Below are positions 24,708-37,199 of a stretch of DNA of 64,000 nt, piece after piece. The notes beneath the pieces were generated by a model. The model was given only the letters and a program-made list of their open reading frames with translations, had not been told where the DNA came from and did not search any database. The position numbers were made by a program, and so were the translations under genes. The stretch's first letter is position 1, and each line of letters opens with the position of its first letter. Origin of the DNA: Haliotis rubra (Eukaryota); contig NW_025765324.1 in assembly GCF_003918875.1 (NCBI RefSeq), forward strand, positions 24,041-88,040, given 5' to 3'.

Positions 24708-24995
24708 AGTGGAGTGAGTGAGTGAGTTTAGTTTTACGCCGCACTCAGCAATATTCCAGCTATATGGCGGTCTGTAAATATATCGAGTCTGGACCAGACA
24801 ATCCAGTGATCAACAGCATGAGCATCGATCTGCGCAAGGCGGGGGAACCGATGACAGCGGAGTGTCAACCAAGTCATTTGTTCTTTAAACTGACCTATAG
24901 CAGGGTTTCGATCCCGTTAACTCTATAGCCTCTTACGACAAGATAGTCACCTTTATTTATGGCAAGTCACTCTATTATGGGTTGCTGAAGACCTA
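24708..24995 (-). mobile_element. SINE-A copy with an internal insertion and divergence.
   Basis: Same consensus. Confidence 0.7.
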
Positions 24996-25124
24996 TTTGT
25001 CTCCAATTCTTTCAGGATAGCATTATAAAATCAATGACTTTCTTTTGGGAATAATAAATTCCTTCTGTATAGGAGTTTCTGATTATAGCTAACAGTATTT
25101 TGCTTTGGTCCTCACCATCTAAAG

Positions 25125-25995
25125 CAGGGTCTCAATGACTTTCTTTACAGTGAGTCACTCATTAGGGTTTCAGATTTGTTCTATTACAGTGAGTCACTCT
25201 AACAGGTTTCAGATTTGTTGAAATTACAGTGAGTGACATAGCAGGGTTTCTGATTTGTAGCAATACAGTAGTCTTTGTCAGACAGAGTTTGTCTACAAAC
25301 TCTATGACAGTTTCAGATTTGTTCTTTTACAGTGAGTCACTCTATAGCAGGGTTTCAGATTTGTTCTTTTACAGAGAGTCACTCTATAGCAGGGTTTCAG
25401 ATTTGTTCTTTTACAGAGAGTCACTCAACTTCAGTATTTCAGATTTGTTCTACTACAGAGAGTCACTCTATTGCAGGGTTTCAGATTTGTTCTTTTACAG
25501 AGAGTCACTCAACTTCAGTATTTCAGATTTGTTCTACTACAGAGAGCCACTCTATAGCAGGGTTTCAGATTTGTTCTTTTACAGTGAGTCACTCTATAGC
25601 AGGGTTTCAGATTTGTTCTTTTACAGAGAGTCACTCTATAGCAGGGTTTCAGATTTGTTCTTTTACAGTGAGTCACTCTATAGCAGGGTTTCAGATTTGT
25701 TCTTTTACAGAGAGTCACTCTATAGCAGGGTTTCAGATTTGTTCTTTTACAGTGAGTCACTCTATAGCAGGGTTTCAGATTTGTTCTTTTACAGAGTCAC
25801 TCACTCTACTTCAGTATTTCAGATTTGTTCTATTACAGAGAGTCACTCTATTGCAGTATTTCAGATTTGTTCTACTACAGAGAGTCACTCTATTGCAGTA
25901 TTTCAGATTTGTTCTTCAACAGTGTCCCTATCTCTATAGAAGAGTTTCAGATTTGTTCTTTTTCTGTGAGTCACTCTTCAGCAGGGTTTCACTAA
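25125..25995. repeat. Minisatellite with a 42-bp unit (agcagggtttcagatttgttcttttacagagagtcactctat), about 20 copies, inside a PCED1 intron.
   Basis: Visible periodicity. The ORFs 25229..25939, 25332..26096 and 25515..25760 are artefacts of it. Confidence 0.9.
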
Positions 25996-26072
25996 CATAT
26001 ACAGAGACACTAACCAGAATTGCGTCCTACAACTGTCTTAGGTCTATGTTTAGGTATGGGAGTTACAATCAC

Positions 26073-26154
26073 CTTGGTGCTGAGATCTCTTCGTAACAAC
26101 AGCACTCTGTGCTGCTCTTCAGTTCAAGAAGGCCAAAAATGTTTTGAACTGTTT
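26073..26154 (-). CDS. PCED1: PCED1-like exon 2 (tentative). It encodes (K)TVQNIFGLLELKSSTECCCYEEISAPR.
   Basis: Acceptor cttacag|. The frame is fixed by the phase-1 end of exon 1. It resembles the AVYKDLVLLLQKD segment of PCED1A. The only donors available (aag|gtgatt) end in phase 2, which cannot join exon 3, whose start is phase 0. The boundary is therefore unresolved, or a micro-exon or alternative exon exists. Confidence 0.35.
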
Positions 26155-26237
26155 CTGTAAGCGTCATGTCAAGGACCCCCTGGCTTTCATGGTTTAGTTT
26201 GGACATTGATTGCAGTATATATGGTGGGAACACTTAC

Positions 26238-26313
26238 TTGAGTCCCCAATAATGACCACAAACTTGTTGTAAAAGAGTTTCTCTGCATCCTGGCGAAAGA
26301 ATATGTCCCCCAT
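26238..26313 (-). CDS. PCED1: PC-esterase domain protein (PCED1/FAM113-like), exon 1. It encodes MGDIFFRQDAEKLFYNKFVVIIGDS and ends in phase 1.
   Basis: ATG at 26313-26311 (minus). The GDS catalytic motif matches the N-terminus of vertebrate PCED1A (…NKFVVILGDS, recalled from memory). There is a strong donor caa|gtaagtg. Confidence 0.7.
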
Positions 26314-28055
26314 GGCTACCTGAAACAAATATTACAAAGTATCTGATTCTGAAGTTGCAGGTTTCACTTTAATTAAAACACCTAAGGATTGTGTAGTTTC
26401 ATACGTCCTTACAATGAGATCAACGTAATGAACCACAGGAAAATACATAATTCCGGAAATATTAGGATTCGTAATTTAAATAAATAAACACCATTTATGA
26501 TTCTCCTAATTTTGATACAAAATCATAAAAAGACAAGGAATAACTATCTACCTTGCCCAATATAAAACCAAAAATAAGTGTTTCCTTTGCAGAAAGTAGT
26601 TATCTGTACATGCCCTAAAGTATACACCAATGTGAAACTGCTACTGTCGCCTGTTCATATTCAACTAAAACTAACCCGACAGATCAAATCGGTCAAGTAT
26701 TCAGGCGGTTCCCGGTCAACTGATCGCCTGTCGCCTATGTGAAACAGTAGGATTTAAAATCACTCGATTTTGAGAGAAAACATTACTAACATTTTGTTGT
26801 AAGTCAGTGACTGTGTAATCATGACAATTCCCAGTAATTCAAGGGAAAATGTAGGCTCCAAATTGTCAGCCATAAAGACGACGAGTGGCAGCATGCCAAG
26901 TGGTCGACAGTCTTTCTGATGACAGACGACTGGCTGGAAAACTAACTATCAAAAGCAACTTCTAAAACTATCGCGTAAGCTAAAAAACGTTCACAAGTCC
27001 TCTTCTCTTACCTGCAAAGTGGATTAACGTAAGAGACAATCGCAACCGACATTTGAATATGTTCAAAAACACAAATTGTGTACTGTCAGTATGACACTGA
27101 CAGGCCTTGGGTAGCCCATGGACGCACTTTGGCAACAAGGCTTCATTGGTGTTTAGCATTGTATACTTTGATCTCATTAAACTGGCGCTGGTAGCGCTGA
27201 CAACAATTAGAACAGCATGCATATTTCAACAAGTGGAACAGCACACATACACGGATTTACTTACCTATTGTATGTGATGTCACTCGTTTCTTTGGGATTT
27301 ACGAACATCGAAAGAAGTTCGGATGATATAACCTTGGAAGAGTCCATTTTGACAGCAGGGAGCGAGGGATAGTGAGTGTCACCTGTCATTCATCTTGGAC
27401 CGCTGTTCCATTACAAACATTGACATACGAACTTTACGTTACAAATTACTCAGGAATATATTCAAGTTTTGTTTTACCAAACTTAGGTGACCTGTCTTGT
27501 CTTTTTTAGAAAAAGCAGAATATGGGAGATTTCAGTTTTGAATAGGAATAGCACAGTGGACACAAGGTTCGGAACGGAGACTGTGCGTCAATCTTCAACG
27601 TAATGCATCTCAGTGAAGAACAATAACTCTCACAAATAAATTAATACATAATGGTCTTACATGCTGAAAATTGAAACAAACTAAATACTAGGATGTATTT
27701 AACGATGTTACCCAATTTCCGGGAAGTGTGTCAGAATACTTTAAAATCATCTCTTTTCTATCGGTGTAGAACTTAAAAACTCGATCTTTTATGTTTTTTT
27801 CATGTGACTGATATGAGATATATGAGATATTGGCTCAGCACCAACTAACATATAAAATATCCAAATCGGTTAGAAAGAAGACCGGTTCTCTGTGTGCCAA
27901 CTGTGGGACCGAAATTTGAAAAGCAATAACTATAATTGCTGTTGATTGTTGAAAGAAAACTATGCATACACTTGACCTTTCGCTTCAATTTCAAAGTTTT
28001 ACAACTTTCACTGTTACAGTGCAATATCTGTAAATATACTCATAGAAATGAATGA

Positions 28056-28171
28056 GGGAACACATGAAAGTACAAGTGTTCCTTTATTTAATTCCACTCA
28101 CAGTGCAATACATACCTTGTGAGGAAAACTTGGAAAAGAATAAAGGAACACTTGTACTTTCATGTGTTCCC
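28056..28171. repeat. Perfect 33-bp inverted repeat (gggaacacatgaaagtacaagtgttcctttatt, then 50 bp, then the reverse complement), giving a long hairpin.
   Basis: Left arm 28056-28088, right arm 28139-28171, with no mismatches. Confidence 0.85.
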
Positions 28172-29295
28172 TTATTCGTGTCCATGAGTTTATCAATGTA
28201 GACTCGTTAAGTGCCTGAATATTTATAGTTTTGCAAGTAACAATTAATCCCATTTGAATTAGGCACAAGTGAGATGTGTAATCTAGGTTTGCTTCATTAA
28301 ATTATATATTTAAGTTTATGTTATTGTCTGATACTTTCTTATCAAAGTTAGGTTTAATGTGTTTTAAGATGTTTTATCGTCGCAAATGTTTAAAGCATAT
28401 TTCAACTCGTTCAAACTAGTCATTATATATCATATTTAATTATTTTATGTGTCTATATTAATGTACTGTTATCTTACCTTTCTGAAAATATGTATATTTT
28501 ACAGTTTGACAACGTGTCTCCTCGGCCTATTGAGGCCCTGCATAATCAATGTTTATCTTTGTATATTTGCTATGTGTGTTAACCTTGTAATTTTATGCTG
28601 ACACGTAAATAAACAATTCATTCATTCATTCATATCACCGCAGCTAGGGTTCAACAGATAAGCAATTGTTACATATTAGAACCCCACATCAACATCCCTC
28701 AAACTAGTCTAGAAAATCATGTTCTATCTGTAGTCACTAGCATAGACTGTTACTGTGTATACAGTGGAGCAAAAACAAATATATACCTTCGTGTGAGATG
28801 TTTAATCGGCGGTGATGAAAATTTGGAGATTGTACGTGCGCATTCTACCACGGTGCTTATTTCACGCACAGGTACGCCAGGCTTAGTCTGTCTCAGTCCC
28901 TGAACCATATTATTTTCCCTACAGCCTAGCCCTTAGTCTGTCTCACAGTACCTGAACCATATTATTTTCCCCAATGCTTAGCACTCCCTGCAATGCTAAA
29001 GCCCTAAATAAAGCAAGTCTAGATTTCCTCAGGTTCAGGCTGAATCTCTGGTCTTCCTGGGGCTCCTTTTAATTTAAATGGGTTTGTTTGTTACTGATCA
29101 AAATGAAACATACAATTTATGGATGACAACCTAGTTATCGCTAGACGTCTCGATTTAGATTCTTACAGCGTTATCAAGCTAAATTAACGACTTAATATCG
29201 GTGTATGAATTCAACATTGAAACGTCGCTCTAGATTTCCGATATCTGATCTGCCCCTTTATATAACAACTGCTGCCTTTCAATTTAAATTTGTTT

Positions 29296-29302
29296 ACACA
29301 CT

Positions 29303-29354
<52 letters not shown>
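29296..29354. repeat. (CA)n microsatellite.
   Basis: A run of cacacaca. Confidence 0.95.
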
Positions 29355-29359
<5 letters not shown>

Positions 29360-30889
29360 CCAGCATGAACAGTTGAATTACTACTGCGTCTACATCGAGG
29401 ACACTTGTTCTTTTCTCAAACCCCAATCCCGACCCCGCACTGACATCACCCTTTACCCAATCCCGGCCACGTCAAACGCCCCCCACCCCAACCTTCCACG
29501 CACCCCCTCCTCCCCCGACTGTTTTGTAACGCAAGGTGTGACGTTTTGATGACAACGTTGACCACAGCCAAGATTCCTGCTGTCCCGCACCCCGCTGCTT
29601 CTCACAACCGAGGGGAGATGGGAACAGATATGTGGTAACTAAACCCCATAAATTACAAGATTGGACACAAACTGGACACATTGGAACAACTGTCGTAAAC
29701 AGGCAGTCACGGGCAATTTGGCTGTATAAACATATTGTAGGTGTCATTCAAATTGGATTATCAGGAGTTGGGATGAAGGATCTCCCGTTGTCAGTCTCTT
29801 ACAGTTATACAAGCAAGACTTTAAACAAGCACATCCCATCTTTCAACATACTCTCACAAGGGAAGTCTCTGGTGTCAGATGTGTCATAAAACCGACCTAC
29901 ATTTTTTCCCCATGCACTATCTATCTATCTAATCTAGCTATCTAGCTAGCTATGCCGGTATATAATACACGTATTGATACAACTTCGAACAGGAAGTATA
30001 TGAACGTATCGCTGCATTTGTATAGCTATTCCATTTTGCATGGCAAGTTTTCCATACGGCCGATAATGTGATAATGCTAAAACGAGCCACCATGGTCTCC
30101 AGATTGACATCTGAAGATACACGTATATACACTGCATAAGAAACACAAGAAACTATTCCTTTCAGTTGATTTCATAATAGGGATCGTGTGGTTGCAAATA
30201 CACTATAGCCCAGAGAGAGAGAGATTTGTGTGTGTATGTGTGTGTGTGTATTGGGGAGAGGAGATACGCTAGATGTATATTTGGGGTAGCGTGCCGTGGG
30301 GCAGGTGTAGGGATGGGACGCAAGGGAGGGAGGTTTATTGCGTTAGAGGGGACAATTTGAGAGAATGCAAGATTAATTTGTATTAAGGCTGACATCATCA
30401 GCTCCCACGGGGCACGTCCTCTACCTCGCGTGTGTCACCTCAGTGACGACACCCAGATAGCATTCGGACGTTGTCCCAACGTTGGCAATGTTGGCACAGT
30501 CGTTAAACGTAATATTCTTATTGACCCAAAATATTATACAGCGATCTTAAAGTTCAAAGTATGTATAAATAATTCACTTGTTAAAACCGGCCATAGGAAT
30601 ATTGTAGCGAAACAACTTGATCGTCTATGGGAACATTACTACTCTTATTCAGTTGCACTTGAATATTCTTTTTATTTCCATCTTTGACAGAAAATCTTCA
30701 TATTTACCAAATAATCTACCAAAATATACACTGAAAAGTAATTAGGCCGTCACACATTCGGAGCAGTGCTGAATGCGGTGTTAAATAACAAGCATTTGAG
30801 CGGTTAGAGAGATCTTACAAAAACATATCGAGATGTATTACTGAAATATCCAGTGATGAAGGATCAGATAATGATACAGACATAGTTAC

Positions 30890-31180
30890 TATAATACATC
30901 CCTCATGACATGCTGTCATCGTATCACCCGTGAAGGTCCGGGTTAGAATATTGGCCTTCAGTAACCCATGCTTGTCGTAAGAGGCGACTAACGGGATCGG
31001 GTGGTCAGCCTCGCTGACTTGGTTGACACATGTCATCGGTTCCCAATTGCGCAGATCGATGCTCATGCTGTTGATCACTGGATTGTCTGGTCCAGACTCA
31101 ATTATTTACAGTCCGCCGCCATATAGCTGGAATATTGCTGACTGCGGCGTAAAACCAAACTCACTCACTGTCATCGTATC
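30890..31180 (+). mobile_element. SINE-A copy, near full length.
   Basis: It matches the consensus, and the tail (actcactc) is at the right. Confidence 0.8.
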
Positions 31181-32227
31181 ACATAATTAATGTAAATGTG
31201 TTACAACAAAGTTAATAAAATAATGAAAACTTTTGAAATAGTGAACACGACTAAATGTAATTTATCTACCATGAATAAACTCCAGTCAAAATGTGAAGAC
31301 ATGTTCAAGCATTCATTAAGTGATTCTCCTACATCAAATAACAAATTAAGAACATACAGATTGGTGAAGTCATCTATAAAACTCGAGAATTAAAGATTGC
31401 ATTGTTAAAACAAAGCTCAAAAATAACATTTCTCAAAACTACGGTTGAGTAATCATAAACTCAAAACTGAAACTGGAAAATATGCAAAACCTGCAACCCT
31501 GTTAGAACAACGTATCCGTGAAATGTGTAATGTCTTAGAAGATGAGCTACACCATGTAATATCAAAGAAGGAGAATCACTACTACAAACAATGCTTAATC
31601 ATGATCAAGAATTTGCTACACTCTCTAAAAAAAGAACAATTCTTGACAATTTTCACAAATAGAAGTCCTGAAACAATTTCCAAAATATGTCATCATATTT
31701 ACAGTTTAAATGAATTCTGTGTATTACCATAGTATTACCATTCTGTGCATTACCATAGCACCCATATTGTTTCCATATCATTATACTACATATGATTTGT
31801 GAAATTGTTCTAATGAACATCATTTACATGTGAAATATATCTGTATTTCAATATCTTTGTTCCCTTCCGTGTTTATATTTATAGTTTATAGAATATTGCC
31901 ACTGTTCCTTCGTGGAGTGCTATGCAATAAATATCTCAACTGTTTAGAGACTTGTGTAAGTCTACGTTTTCCCTTCCACGCAGCCCTTTCTGCAATGATA
32001 AAACCCTAAATGGAGTCTAGATCTCCCCAGGTTCTGAATCTCTCATCTCACTGAAGCTCCGTTTTAATCTAGAAGGTATTATTTGTTTCTATCAAAATTA
32101 TGTATATTCATTTACGGAAGCGTTATGTTGTATAGTGTCCAGAGCGCCGCCTGTTGAAAGTCCGTCACGCACTGGTGCCCAGTACCATCAGATATCCCCG
32201 TGTCTCACGTGCAAGTCATGGGCATGG

Positions 32228-32597
32228 TGCTCCCGGTGCAATAAAACCACTGTTATACAATTCCCGGCCGCCGTAATTGCCGGGTCTGTCGCAAAGAGCC
32301 AAGAGATATCAGACTGCATATCTGAGTTTTGTTTATTTGTCTGGGAGAGAATATACTCGACTCTGACCATGTGTTTTGCCCTCAATATGCAAACTGGGTT
32401 CTATGTCCGCGTGCTCCCGGTGCCATAAAACCACTGTTATACAATTCCCGGCCGCCGAAATTGCCGGGTCTGTCGCAAAGAACCAAGAGATATCAGACTG
32501 CATATCTGAGTTTAGTTTATGTGTCTGGGAGAGAATATACTCGACTCTGACCATGTGTTTTGCCCTCAATATGCAAACTGGGTTGTATGTCCGCGTG
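32228..32597. repeat. Two tandem copies of a ~185-bp unit (gctcccggtgc.ataaaaccactgttatacaattcccggccgcc…).
   Basis: The units run 32228-32412 and 32413-32597 and are near-identical. The overlapping ORFs are artefacts. Confidence 0.85.
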
Positions 32598-33145
32598 GGG
32601 CGGTAAAAGTGAGTGAGTGAGTTTAACATGACTAACCGATCACATTGGGTCGTTGTATATATAAAAAGACACAGTTTCATTGCACAAACACCCTTGATGA
32701 TGGGCGAAACAGAGTATTGTGTAACTTCTTTGAGAGGCATGTAGAAGATGGACCAGTAAAGAAGGATAACAATATATAAATGAACAACTTCTGTATTACA
32801 GTGACGGAGCGACGTACCGGCGTTGGTTCCAACAGGGAGACTATATGTTGTAGAGTATCCCTGGTTCCAACCTCCACCGAACGTCGCTCTCACTGTAATA
32901 CCGAAGTTGTTCAGCCCTGTGTTGTCATCCCTCCTTACAGTATTTTGTAGTAGAGCATTATATTATAACAACTTCGACAGCACAGAAAGGCCTGTCCTCT
33001 GAGGATTTTGATATGTTCAGAGTCATATGGGTGGAAAAATGTGAAACTAGTGCATACATCATCACCCATCATTTATAATCGATGGTTATCATGGCCCGAC
33101 TCTCAATCCATATATCGACGTTAAATAAATGAAATGAAACTAAGT

Positions 33146-33175
33146 GACTGACTGACTGACTGATTTTTCTCTCTT

Positions 33176-33224
<49 letters not shown>

Positions 33225-33256
33225 GCAACCTACTCACTCACTCACTCACTCACTCG
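33146..33256. repeat. Compound microsatellite: (GACT)n at 33146-33164, (CT)n at 33183-33222, and (ACTC)n at 33232-33256.
   Basis: Visible. Confidence 0.95.
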
Positions 33257-34439
33257 AAGAATTACAGTTTAGATATGTGTCACTGTTACCCACAATCAAT
33301 GACATAGGTCAGGACGTTGCCTCACATCTCTGTAGGAAGCGCAACATGCGGGGGCGGACTGCTTGACGGGGTGGTCGCATTGTCCAAGGTCACACAGCCC
33401 AGCACTCCTCCGCCTGCACGTACTCACCACCATCCTGTGTATGACTGGAATGCAGATGCTCGCTGATACAGTACAAGTTCAATTTAGATAAAAACTATCC
33501 CCGTTTCTACACGTTGTCATGGTATTAGTACAGGCGCTAACAACCCTGACCTCACGGATACAATGCGGTCAGAGGTCGATACACCAGGAGTCTGAGATCC
33601 CGATCCTTCTGCTCCAAGTCGTCCTGCGAGAGCGGTGCTGTGACACATTCCACGACTCAAAGATTACCTTTGCCCTGCTCAAACTAATGACAAAGCAACA
33701 CATACATATGGATGCGCCTTTAAACATGCTGCACACATCTACACAAAGAACTTAATTAAGCAACCCCTGTGTTTTTGCAATGGTAGGTTTTCAACACGTA
33801 CATAAAACTTCTCATGGTGACCACGATGGAAAAACATGGGGTTTTCTGACCCGTATGATCCCTTGACTCATAACAAAATCATTGGAATCCATGTTGATTT
33901 TATGATAATTGTTCATTTTAAAAACACACACTGATTTTGATACAAAACCATGTCAAGTATGGCTCTGGAATGTCTGACGCTGAATTTATGAGTGAATGTG
34001 AACATTCAAAATGTCATTTTGCGTGTCTTAAACGATTCAAGGTCAATGCCGAGTGTAACCTCAATGTGACTGTATGGCAGCCAGCACTCTCCTCTTCATA
34101 CCTCCTGTCAGCCTCCTGATCCTCAGAAGGGCCAGACTGCGCCATTCCTCGTGTAAATCAGCTTCCAACGGGCCAGGTTCTGTACACGAGGGTCCCATTG
34201 TTGCACACAACGACCAATCATATTCCAGATATGCTCAAACAGGTTAAGATCGGGATTCATTCAATTGTGCGATATGTCAGGGGGTGCTTAACTAAGTTCT
34301 TTGTATATATTATTAATTTCTTTTTAAATTCACGAAAACCGTTTTTCCCGTGAAGGTTGTGAAAATGATTCACAGGTATATACGCGATGCTTTTATACAA
34401 GGAAACACTGATTTCACAAATTTCTCTTTGAGTAACGTG

Positions 34440-37020
34440 TACACTCTGACCCACACAGCAGTAGTTGGTGTACTGTCTGACTCACACAGCGGTAGTAGGT
34501 GTACAGTCTGACCCACACAGCGGTAGTAGGTGTACAGTCTGACCCATACAGCAGTAGTTGGTGCACAGTGAGACCCATACAGCAGTAGGTGTAGTCTGAC
34601 CCACACAGCGGTAGTTGGTGTACAGTCTGACCAACACAGCGGTAGTAGGTGTACAGTCTGACCCACACAGCGGTAGTTGGTGTACAGTCTGACCCACACA
34701 GCGGTAGTAGGTGTACAGTCTGACCCACACAGCAGTAGTTGGTGTACTGTCTGACCCACACAGCGGTAGTAGGTGTACAGTCTGACCCACACAGCGGTAG
34801 TAGGTGTACAGTCTGACCTACACAGCGGTAGTAGCTGTACCGTCTGACCCACACAGCGGTAGTAGGTGTACCGTCTGACCCACACAGCGGTAGTAGGTGT
34901 ACAGTCTGACCCACACAGCGGTAGTTGGTGTACAGTCTGACCCACACAGCGGTAGTAGGTGTACAGTCTGACCCACACAGCGGTAGTTAGTGTACAGTCT
35001 GACCCACACAGCGGTAGTAGGTGTACCGTCTGACCCACACAGCGGTAGTTGGTGTACAGTCTGACCAACACAGCGGTAGTTGGTGTACCGGCTGACCCAC
35101 ACAGCGGTAGTAGGTGTACAGTCTGACCTACACAGCGGTAGTAGGTGTACAGTCTGACCCATAAGCGGTAGTTGGTGTACAGTCTGACCCATACAGCAGT
35201 AGTGGGTGTACAGTCTGACCCACACAGCGGCAGAAGGTGTACAGTATGACTCATACAGCAGTAGTTGGTGTACAGTCTGACCCATATAGCAGTGGTTGGT
35301 GTACAGTCTGACCCACACAGCGGATGTAGGTGTACAGTCTGACCCACACAGCGGTAGTAGGTGTACCGTCTGACCCACACAGTGGTAGTAGGTGTACAGT
35401 CTGAGCCACACAGCGGTAGTTGGTGTAGTCTGACCAACACAGCGGTAGTTGGTGTACAGTCTGACCCACACAGCGGTTGTTGGTGTACAGTCTGACCCAC
35501 ACAGCAGTAGTTGATGTACAGTCTGACCCACACAGCGGTAGTAGGTGTACAGTCTGACCCACACAGCGGTAGTAGGTGTACAGTCTGACCCTTACAGCGG
35601 TAGTTGGTGAGGTGTACAGTCTGACCCACACAACATGCAGCAGTTGGTGTACAGTCTGACCCACACTGCGGTAGTAGGTGTACAGTCTGACCCACACAGC
35701 GGTAGAAGCTGTACATTCTGACCCTCACAGCGGTAGTAGGTGAGGTGTACAGCCTGACCCACACAGCAGTAGGTGTAGTCTGACCCACACAGCAGTAAGA
35801 GGTGTACAGTCTGACCCACACAGCAGTAGGCGTACAGTCTGACCAACACAGCAGTAAGAGGTGTACAGTCTGACCCACACAGCATGCAGCAGTAGGTGTA
35901 CAGTCTGACCCACACAGCAGTAAGAGGTGTACAGTCTGACCCACACAGCAGTAGGTGTACAGTCTGACCCACACAGCGGTAGGTGTACAGTCTGACCCAC
36001 ACAGTATGCAGCAGTAGGTGTACAGTCTGACCCACACAGCGGTAGTAGGTGTACAGTCTGACCCACACAGCAGTAAGAGGTGTACAGTCTGACCCACACA
36101 GCGGTAGTAGGTGTAGTCTGACCCACACAGCGGTAGTTGGTGTACAGTCTGACCCACACAGCGGTAGTAGGTGTACAGTCTGACCCTCACAGCGGTAGTA
36201 GGTGTAGTCTGACCAACACAGCAGTAAGAGGTGTACAGTCTGACCCACACAGCGGTAGTAGGTGTACAGTCTGACCCATACAGTGGTAGTAGGTGTAGTC
36301 TGACCCACACAGCGGTAGTAGGTGTAGCCTGACCCACACTGCGGTAGTAGGTGTACAGTCTGACCCACACAGTGGTAGTAGGTGTACAGTCTGACCCACA
36401 CTGCGGTAGTAGGTGTACAGTCTGACCCACACAGTGGTAGTTGGTGTACAGTCTGACTCACACAGCGGTAGTAGGTGTACAGTCTGACCCACACAGTGGT
36501 AGTAGGTGTACAGTCTGACCCACACTGCGGTAGTAGGTGTAGTCTGACCCACACAGTGGTAGTAGGTGTAGTCTGACCTACACAGCGGTAGTTGGTGTAC
36601 AGTCTGACCCACACAGCTGTAGTAGCTGTACATTATGACCCTCACAGCGGTAGTAAGTGTAGTCTGACCCACACTGCGGTAGTTGGTGTACAGTCTGACC
36701 CACACAGCGGTAGTAGCTGCACATTCTGACCCACACAGTGGTAGAAGGTGTAGTCTGACCTACACAGCAGTAGGTGTAGTCTGACCCACACAGCAGGAGG
36801 TGTACAGTCTGACCCACACAGCAGTAGGTGTACAGTCTGACCCACACAGCAGTAGGAGGTGTACAGTCTGACCCACACATCAGCAGTTGGAGGTGTACAG
36901 TCTGACAAACACAGCAGTAGTTTGTGTACAGTCTGACCCATACAGCAGTAGGAGGTGTAGTCTGACCCACACAGCGGTAGTAGGTGTACAGTCTGACCCA
37001 CACAGCGGTAGTAGCTGCAC
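34440..37020. repeat. Satellite with a 31-bp unit (ctgacccacacagcggtagtaggtgtacagt), about 83 copies.
   Basis: Regular periodicity. The 686-aa and other long minus-strand ORFs exist only because the repeat lacks stop codons in most frames. 31 is not a multiple of 3. Confidence 0.95.
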
Positions 37021-37199
37021 ATTCTGACCTAGTCTCTCGTACAGACCCTGAAGCAATTATATCCAAGAAAGCCCACGCAAGTCTAGAAAATGTGGCAAGT
37101 CTAGATTTCCTCAGCTTCAGGGCTCCTTTTCATTATATTATATTTTTCTTTACTATGAACATTTTTCAGTAAATTATGTTCATTTCAGAGACTAGTTGT

